Below the pieces are notes generated by a model. It was not told the DNA's origin. It searched no databases and saw nothing but the letters and a program-made list of their open reading frames with translations. Position numbers and translations under genes: made by a program. This document shows, piece by piece, positions 62,401 through 64,000 of a DNA stretch of 64,000 nucleotides; the first letter of the stretch is position 1; every line of letters starts with the position of its first letter. This DNA is from Candidatus Omnitrophota bacterium (lineage in GTDB: Bacteria > Omnitrophota > Omnitrophia > Omnitrophales > Aquincolibacteriaceae). Location of the stretch: positions 101,536 to 165,535 of the forward strand of contig DAOPYQ010000001.1 of assembly GCA_035352955.1 (NCBI GenBank), read 5' to 3'.

Positions 62401-64000
62401 ACGGAAACGATTGTTTGAGATTTTTCAGGTCACTCCGAAAAATGCGAGTTTTGCGGCTTATCGCGCGTTTGAGGCACTTTCCGAGCTGATCAATACCCGG
62501 TCGTTGCCGTCTTCCAGATCTCCCGAGCTTCGGCGTCCGGTGTGGGACCTTCTTCAAAAGCTGTCGGCAGAAAATAATCCGCCGGTCCATGCGGCTTACC
62601 GCGCGGCCGGAATCCTGGTGCGGCATTTGTCCGCGTCCGGGTCCGCTTACCGCACGTACGATACGGCCCCTGAACACTGGAAAAATGTGATGGAAACGTT
62701 TGGGGAAACCCTCGAAGCGATTCGCAAGCATGACGGGATCAATGCCATGCAGTCTTACGAAGCGCTCACTTCGCTGATCGCGTCTCCGGGATTTTCGGGA
62801 TTACTTCTGGAGGAGCGGCAGGTGTTTTTGCGACTGCTTCGGTTGATCCCGGAAGGCAGCACTTCGCGGACGGCGAACGTGTTCTCGAAGCTCCGGCAAT
62901 TGATCGAATCGGAAGATTTCACGACGGCCTGGCCGTTGCGGCGGAGTCAGCGTTTGATGTTGTTAAGTAATCTGACAGGGGACTTGTCCCGCTTTTTTGC
63001 GTATCAAGGGATCTTTCTCCCGGCCATATTGAGAGAAGAAGAAAACGCGGCTTTCCAGGTCGCCCGGATACTCTTTCTGGTGCTTTCGTCTTCAGAGAGG
63101 TTCTATCGAGTGTTCAACCATATTGCCAGACAACCTGATTTCAGGATCGCGCTTCTATTTAACGGGATCGGGGATATCCTTGCAAGAGTGGTCGGCAGCG
63201 AGCATTTTAAAAACAACCAAGACCTTGAACAAATGATGCGGGCCTTGGAAGATCCCCAGGCGTACAAGAGGGTTCTGGATTGTTTCGACGAAATAGCCCG
63301 GAGATTTCATGCCAAGAAAAAGGAAGATCGCAAAACAAAGCTGCTGGAAGCGTTCAGTCAAGGTCTTAGGGAATTACTTCCTCAGATCGAGGCCCGCAAA
63401 ACACGCGGGGAAGCGCAGACGGTTTCCGGTTTCCGGCCGCCGGTTTCAGGGGAAAAGGAAGGGAAGTTGTGGTTTGAAACTCCAACGACGGATGACGGAG
63501 GTCGGATGGCGGAGGACGGAAAACGGATGACGGATGGCGTAAAGCCCGGTTTTTCGCCATCCGACATCCGTCATCCATTATCCTCCGCCGACGGCGGCGA
63601 ACGTGCGGAGATCCGCGCGGGGCAACAGGACCGGAAGTACGGTTGGTTCTGGAAAGCCGGGCTCCCGGAGAAGGTCGCCGCGCTTTATTGGGTATTCCGT
63701 TTGTTTAATTATTTCCGTTCGTCCAAATATTTCCGCTTGGACGATTCGCCGGTCCGCGAGACGTTATGGGATTTTCTCGGTTCGGAAGGGTTCGGGCATC
63801 TGTCTCGTGCGGAACGGGATGTGATCTGGCGGTTGTTGGACCTGGTTTTTTGCTTCAAAAGCGGGTTGGAGTGGGAAGATTACCAACGGGCGTCCAAGTA
63901 TTTAAGGGAACTGGACGCGCTGCTGAAGTCCCGCGCGGTTACCGATATGCCGTCCCCCTGGCGGATGGAATTGTTGGTCGCTTTAAAAGCGTTGTTCCAC
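50483..64000 (+). CDS. Giant gene 2, 3'-truncated by the window (at least 4506 aa): paralogous signal anchor and N-domain, beta-propeller blocks, helical DPxER repeats, an internal transmembrane module, 7 linker modules, and no AAA+ domain within the window
   Basis: The ATG at 50483 is preceded by an in-frame TAG at 50471 and by a ribosome-binding site AGGACAAGG. Frame 2 stays open to the window end, all repeat modules translate in frame 2, and the ORF track shows no + strand ORF in frame 2 in this region. The N-terminus is MPSNLSQTNITVYRRFIAALTVCFFIFSDLLFFPSQGFAGT, a signal-like sequence. Confidence 0.8.
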   Translation, partial: MPSNLSQTNITVYRRFIAALTVCFFIFSDLLFFPSQGFAGTQDMRTNKTSISANISFPAQVEKVEIPSVLGSIEERFRGNGSKAVVLIQDAHAIPTAQENIRKLIAYFQEQYGVRLVAAEGAATRLDPQLFRSFPDKERLAKALEPYAGEGHLTGVVEAALLNSVAGDFWGIEDAGLYEEGLGFYRRAMTVSPSLAIEIQRTELRNSGLKAAIYPPELFAVEKALDAFYENKLGFAEALKTLVVVRPPARGTALALIAEEIVRSPASPVKDPGIGSETGRLAERMNDALKQRLVSSSSEMKEWNQKYQSFRTGALEDGDYAAYLKDVARTQQIPITVSATLDAKISRHEKFRDIEGGLLVREFESYVREVSRELLKKSSDADKALRLYESTNRLRLLKRLARLELGWEEWEILKKDIGQVSAGLLQTSELHRNFYKNAEKRDGAFLKNLARLDREGPTLLVAGGFHTRGLANGLKAANIPYVVIRPAMGAVPEKSVYQEQMSGNVPWKDYFEERDGRVDVRDAFTRAMSDKLLQPAGPKDFASSFTLSPSSVAKAWRDQIIRDLAAQGRIERAGEYTRSLDRLAGRRVPKIENFIRALQALETSGGLNRDNILGLLKGAHILPAAAGNAILGNTTLPVSLLTPFSLPTTTSEVKSGGIPTQTSGVEPGRRAGDEDFQKSHSTELVERPTSDAPIRSESRIEATDAEWEKTLAFLKSAVMGDWNREIEGFTEYSLSRDGRWFFAQYDSGRSGKLIDLSTGEEMRLADGRTFSEVYGTSVRLEFSKNSRYVLDRHSGMVIDLMTREEKTTDEGVPLSRVMDLSKIVLRDFEADYLEGTVRGKKGVIVFDMGTGKELVSAAGKPLSELTGPDVKAVHISPDKRWCFVGYQDLGLKLIDLKTGRLGLSGKGSPGKGGDPMGTFSSDSRLFVLQGKKAKVIDLRTGKPRMTDSGQKLSDVIGKTIGFAQYPAFGSRLIQMVCYAEETSVFRLFDTKTGREPMIESGKALARLKGAIIEKVSESPDGRYFCVTYRRASKGLKFLLIDAETGKEKLLRDGRRFSQVAGNAGKWVFPENVGLLWSVERGQMFDIETGEKYEVAPKLMGSGAWAIPRNITGASLIGPAYGILFSVDVLEAEKDRILRAMDPGAFQSLALLSRMGMIRDARELKALTALFQGVSEKMNNVWPVAVAKLWEQWTGNEKQEQELRGMLEEARSLFESKTTESEKFEVQQDLGLSLDQWAGQIASRKSRGEQQRAQRVANGAQRGEEGKLWLETPTTDDGGRMTDGVKPGFSTSAIRHPLSSAKGGGRSELREGDKFQEDGGLPAAIRTAQDKIAQLLPETFEVDNGGDYERETPDYTIYPRQEALANFSAMMRTAEFTALTDDEKKVFLKALSGQFYSWSGLDFRAQLEVVKQLLSSADFQALTDPAERELILKWLADKRLWFPGKGSFLTGFLQTRAFSLSRDQNERLLNLEVFILLHTEGFRFFGDSWKTFLDAAEGYQGMGREQRLRVLKFARALLLREQRSRKILEMDDFGGRSGHRSRLEALLKSGMESVLSRKDEAHLIAVAEKVYEQIVLLKKQVVARKTRGEAQPVPGPRSPVFGNKEGKLWLETAKPEDGKRMTDEVKPGFSTFDIRHPLSSADGDGRAERREDKDPAQAEFRKFVEFFGFWNVMRGQEGSQWIVTENGRYALIHQNRRSIIRPNEGYFLIRDLVAGTERMFEPAPDTLPLADEIRLSEDGAWIFATAFGETQDRGRLFRVGEPVPYKMKFGEGLRDGFFSPDSRYLLAEYKDHHFRLSATDRTPAPKLQLPERIQRWKFSADSRWLSVVSGGRLFVYDLVEGGEHFRSSFLTRFREPSFSADGQFFFGLTSSATAVRISVAGDSPAVRLFSREGICGGGFIGEGNRIWTQGRIKQDSTSLVTVWSDLGKEDRNFTLDRGLLNHGFSPDERWFVASYPAESGTTARIVPTGLGPSGVHAGYEVAGQYFLSLPPFFLDPEGRVSATLNKGVPRKKQNYFDPATGLPIFPKKEYLFYTFHVENPGFWSFLGDPERGRELDLRSLRAVSAPLAELAQATGPQFVNVLGLLGYIVHLGLFSEEDFSVIQEWARQRKDPKNLYDVLQKTLGTVLTHYPDAQWNGTLLRDIFLLDDEKQMEKRLEQYAQQVMVRHERGEEQPLAGPSQPSAVKESEEGKLWFETPTTDDGGRMTEDGRLKPGFSTSEILHPSSKDDGRLKTKGFSSSAIRHPLSSAKGGERAEKREGELSAEQQAWVDSLSLRDPEERALLVSLLGRLGRFSGLSVEPYEYEENPLVKRPREIQELPVQTSLMELFDPKVYPNPFTDREKIIALRIFHAVLDNLDAIFPYFEEARRSFFTYLQFLYVNSAVRGILGLKVFTKLKTPEERTLALETVLEIPENVRKNFGDAVNHWASWIIGSAFDMIKDLPDRIALLEVARRTVPAAKEMTAQKFRDIAEATVSIDLLRILREFSSRAADTAEESVKDHFAEQAMEKISRVAQRIRSEEVSGEELREWLDGLPFKSPEEREAFAEMVAKSNREKNVLTYEFATGENSAGNTEYEDRTEAILPYLEKLWLLEPYTSLQAPQERVLALKLFGAILFGNSALFLEVIPHLNKILGPEVLGPSNDPAERRTILEMARQIAERATGSSEDVLEEKLSNFGQLLALKEVRGLGIAQRRTVFEIIGEILRHADSWRTYQGSKMALITFWELLSSDGFKRLPDPLKKKSLEIAKGLPAYAKGKSDDGIQAFSQLIGSAGVGGITDPVEQEEYLDAFDKTARVFALYDEPFSSGSDAPDILSAFGKFFEKGSMDSFRDPAERREIFRLLGDIPQHTKERTGAALDVLGGLLRSKGFRSLPDAAGRKKFLDKFTEIASAPLFRWFFKLSRLIERPGFSGVFGSDKQRRVLETVNGMPELLGDNTPEAISALASLLDEHEFRGVDFTEEAEEYLTKFEEILKELPQYAGKNVSLALRVLEEFFKEGLPWIPDPGLRRTALQIVRFSLRRFTEGSHSHPALGFSRVMKDVGRSVYLSGVLKDFSLQLEAAPDDETRVAEAEQVCRNIVLMAPQVRAREVRGESHPAQRAVNGTQREVEGKLWFETAKTEDGRRKTDGVKPGFSTSEIRPPQSVSDGGERAEIRTGQQERKYGWFWKAGLSEKVAALYWGFRLFDYFRLGDPLVREALWDFLGSEGFGHLSRAERNVIWRLLDLVFCSNSGLKWEGYQRAPEYFKELDALLKSRAFAEMSFPWRMELLTALKAWLHKGFDPNIGRSMAAGWEVPQMTVLLNTEVLGRVSPETREKFWEYLFPKETVGQAIRPVHDSSLLRSFLESNGVKALTVEELETMFGMFRVEDVKIPGSKEQELRLSISVSPSVLIFARKLYASPQWKAMTDPSERLAMIRLVNADPFNLSMAAPVGATFRSMTIRMRRSLMDWKAPALFKRAFAVLRDAAQELDASKDAGSFESILDRSRQKIKQILEQVNARLDRGEAQSDAGSSPQTSKPDSEGKLWFGTENPEDGRRMTDGVKPGFSTSDIRHPLSSAEGGERAEVREKQSEEKAIFLPALDLLEQRLRRDPGYATEANFKPFRKVLTGKDAAFTWFSNIVILAGVLCWGLGFLGFSSVGAGLFGFFFLSRSEDVTGFKIACLVAGGFSAFVLGMSIAESSVLDTGKMKLRRTKAAFRALAMFKNFNADFDFETYLPYVYRGISSPLSEEAFETLKELFGWELPEGVRRLFISGEHRERFFFDAPEEILSILGEASRRYRVNGNEAECCSLIRNGIELIGAQAMARKARGELNPVPGSRPKTLEDQEGKLWFETAKPEDGKRMTDGVKPGFSTSDIRPPKSVSEGGGRAEFRSELREKAGMSGLEHVARGDYAQRFSDLLDRAEQKISPREFGKTVDVFRRLLSRERFEEFEKHREIAPLFVVLENVIQYSWLNAPEAFEALAALLDSDGFRKLSAGERKRLFEIFQVTPKNASFAAYRAFEALSELINTRSLPSSRSPELRRPVWDLLQKLSAENNPPVHAAYRAAGILVRHLSASGSAYRTYDTAPEHWKNVMETFGETLEAIRKHDGINAMQSYEALTSLIASPGFSGLLLEERQVFLRLLRLIPEGSTSRTANVFSKLRQLIESEDFTTAWPLRRSQRLMLLSNLTGDLSRFFAYQGIFLPAILREEENAAFQVARILFLVLSSSERFYRVFNHIARQPDFRIALLFNGIGDILARVVGSEHFKNNQDLEQMMRALEDPQAYKRVLDCFDEIARRFHAKKKEDRKTKLLEAFSQGLRELLPQIEARKTRGEAQTVSGFRPPVSGEKEGKLWFETPTTDDGGRMAEDGKRMTDGVKPGFSPSDIRHPLSSADGGERAEIRAGQQDRKYGWFWKAGLPEKVAALYWVFRLFNYFRSSKYFRLDDSPVRETLWDFLGSEGFGHLSRAERDVIWRLLDLVFCFKSGLEWEDYQRASKYLRELDALLKSRAVTDMPSPWRMELLVALKALFH
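50690..52410 (+). other. N-terminal conserved domain of giant protein 2 (paralog of 21100..22860)
   Basis: It contains AVVLIQDAHAIPTAQENIRKLIAYF, LLVAGGFHTRGLANGLKAANIPYVVIRP, WKDYFEERDGRVDV and AWRDQIIRDLAAQGRIE...AAAGNAILGNTTLP. Confidence 0.6.
52560..53900 (+). other. Beta-propeller-like repeat block in giant protein 2
   Basis: Units of about 45 aa recur with the pattern [IV]DL.TG.E (LIDLSTGEEMRL, VIDLMTREEKT, VFDMGTGKELV, LIDLKTGRLGL, VIDLRTGKPRM, LFDTKTGREPM, LIDAETGKEKLL). Confidence 0.45.
54216..54408 (+). repeat. Linker module copy 12 (gene 2)
   Basis: Reads SRGEQQRAQRVANGAQRGEEGKLWLETPTTDDGGRMTDGVKPGFSTSAIRHPLSSAKGGGRSELR. Confidence 0.7.
55231..55428 (+). repeat. Linker module copy 13 (gene 2) with a perfect 13-bp inverted repeat
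   Basis: CGGATGACGGATG at 55337-55349 and CATCCGTCATCCG at 55378-55390 flank a 28-nt loop. The translation is ..KRMTDEVKPGFSTFDIRHPLSS... Confidence 0.75.
55440..56600 (+). other. PD40/WD40-like beta-propeller block in giant protein 2
   Basis: Units include FSPDSRYLLAEY, FSADSRWLSVVSGGRLFVYDLVEGGE, FSADGQFFFGLTS and FSPDERWFVASY. Confidence 0.5.
56985..57252 (+). repeat. Linker module copy 14 (gene 2, composite)
   Basis: Reads HERGEEQPLAGPSQ..EGKLWFETPTTDDGGRMTEDGRLKPGFSTSEILHPSSKDDGRLKTKGFSSSAIRHPLSSAKGGERAEKR. Confidence 0.7.
57280..59700 (+). repeat. Array of about 55-aa alpha-helical DPxER-type repeats in giant protein 2
   Basis: Units include FTDREKIIALRIF, LKTPEERTLALETV, SLQAPQERVLALKLF, SNDPAERRTILEMA, ITDPVEQEEYLDAF, FRDPAERREIFRLL, LPDAAGRKKFLDKF, FGSDKQRRVLETV and IPDPGLRRTALQIV. 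Confidence 0.6.
59740..59932 (+). repeat. Linker module copy 15 (gene 2)
   Basis: Reads REVRGESHPAQRAVNGTQREVEGKLWFETAKTEDGRRKTDGVKPGFSTSEIRPPQSVSDGGERAEIR. Confidence 0.7.
60966..61170 (+). repeat. Linker module copy 16 (gene 2)
   Basis: Reads DRGEAQSDAGSSPQTSKPDSEGKLWFGTENPEDGRRMTDGVKPGFSTSDIRHPLSSAEGGERAEVR. Confidence 0.7.
61300..61500 (+). other. Internal predicted transmembrane segments of giant protein 2, downstream of a DPGYATEANF motif at 61238..61267
   Basis: The hydrophobic segments are FSNIVILAGVLCWGLGFLGFSSVGAGLFGFFFLS and FKIACLVAGGFSAFVLGMSIAESSVL. Confidence 0.55.
61888..62082 (+). repeat. Linker module copy 17 (gene 2)
   Basis: Reads ARGELNPVPGSRPKTLEDQEGKLWFETAKPEDGKRMTDGVKPGFSTSDIRPPKSVSEGGGRAEFR. 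Confidence 0.7.
63393..63615 (+). repeat. Linker module copy 18 (gene 2, composite)
   Basis: Reads KTRGEAQTVSGFRPPVSGEKEGKLWFETPTTDDGGRMAEDGKRMTDGVKPGFSPSDIRHPLSSADGGERAEIR. Confidence 0.7.

Noticed and set aside
43396-63578. Many similar short minus-strand ORFs (MSKNQALLHPSSV..., MSDVEKPGFTPSVIR..., MAKNQALRHP...) that recur along the giant genes
   Set aside because: They are the reverse complements of the palindromic linker modules. Their recurrence reflects the + strand repeat, not separate genes.
23944-63615. The repeated 200-330-bp modules could in principle be a CRISPR array or an IS/MITE insertion
   Set aside because: The units are far longer than CRISPR repeats and are spaced 1-3 kb apart. 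They sit in frame inside one ORF with no stop, and each encodes a conserved peptide. No cas gene or transposase is present.

Overview
This 64-kb window comes from a GC-rich (roughly 58-60 %) bacterial genome, and every gene I can support is on the + strand.

The first 20.7 kb is ordinary, densely packed housekeeping DNA:
- It begins with the 3' part of the spc/alpha ribosomal-protein cluster, rplX (partial), rplE, rpsN (type Z), rpsH, rplF, rplR, rpsE, rplO, secY, adk, map, infA, rpmJ, rpsM, rpsK, rpsD, rpoA and rplQ. There is no rpmD (L30), which is consistent with a PVC-type lineage such as Omnitrophota or Verrucomicrobia. That placement is inference only.
- These are followed by an aspartate-type aminotransferase, a small basic zinc-ribbon protein and a compact Mfd-like helicase. 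Then comes a conserved surA-pdxA-rsmA(ksgA) block, which suggests a diderm organism.
- The remainder is a polyprenyl diphosphate synthase, rsmI, purN, eno and an ftsB-like gene.

The remaining 43 kb (about two thirds of the window) is taken up by two tandem giant genes:
- **Gene 1 (20904..50315, 29.4 kb, 9803 aa).** It encodes a megaprotein with the following parts, in order:
  - an N-terminal signal anchor;
  - an N-terminal domain of about 590 aa that is also present in gene 2;
  - internal transmembrane segments;
  - six tandem dynein/midasin/MoxR-type (AAA_5-like) AAA+ ATPase domains, arranged as (A-type + B-type) x 3;
  - an HExxH metallopeptidase-like motif;
  - an acidic D/E/G stretch;
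  - a VWA domain with an intact MIDAS motif (DESGS);
  - long arrays of about 55-aa alpha-helical repeats;
  - PD40/WD40-like beta-propeller blocks;
  - a C-terminal domain of unknown function.

  This is a bacterial midasin-like architecture, and it also fuses the MoxR-ATPase + peptidase/VWA partner pair into one polypeptide.
- **Gene 2 (50483..>64000, at least 4506 aa).** Its reading frame is still open at the window edge. It shares the N-terminal domain, the transmembrane module, the helical repeats and the beta-propellers with gene 1, but has no AAA+ domain inside the window.

Both giant genes are punctuated by 18 copies of a 200-330-bp in-frame linker module. These copies are up to about 97 % identical at the DNA level and contain perfect 13-bp inverted repeats with hairpin potential. 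Both genes are also preceded by AT-rich leaders that share a TTTATAGCA(T) motif.

I saw no rRNA, tRNA, CRISPR array, IS element or transposase.
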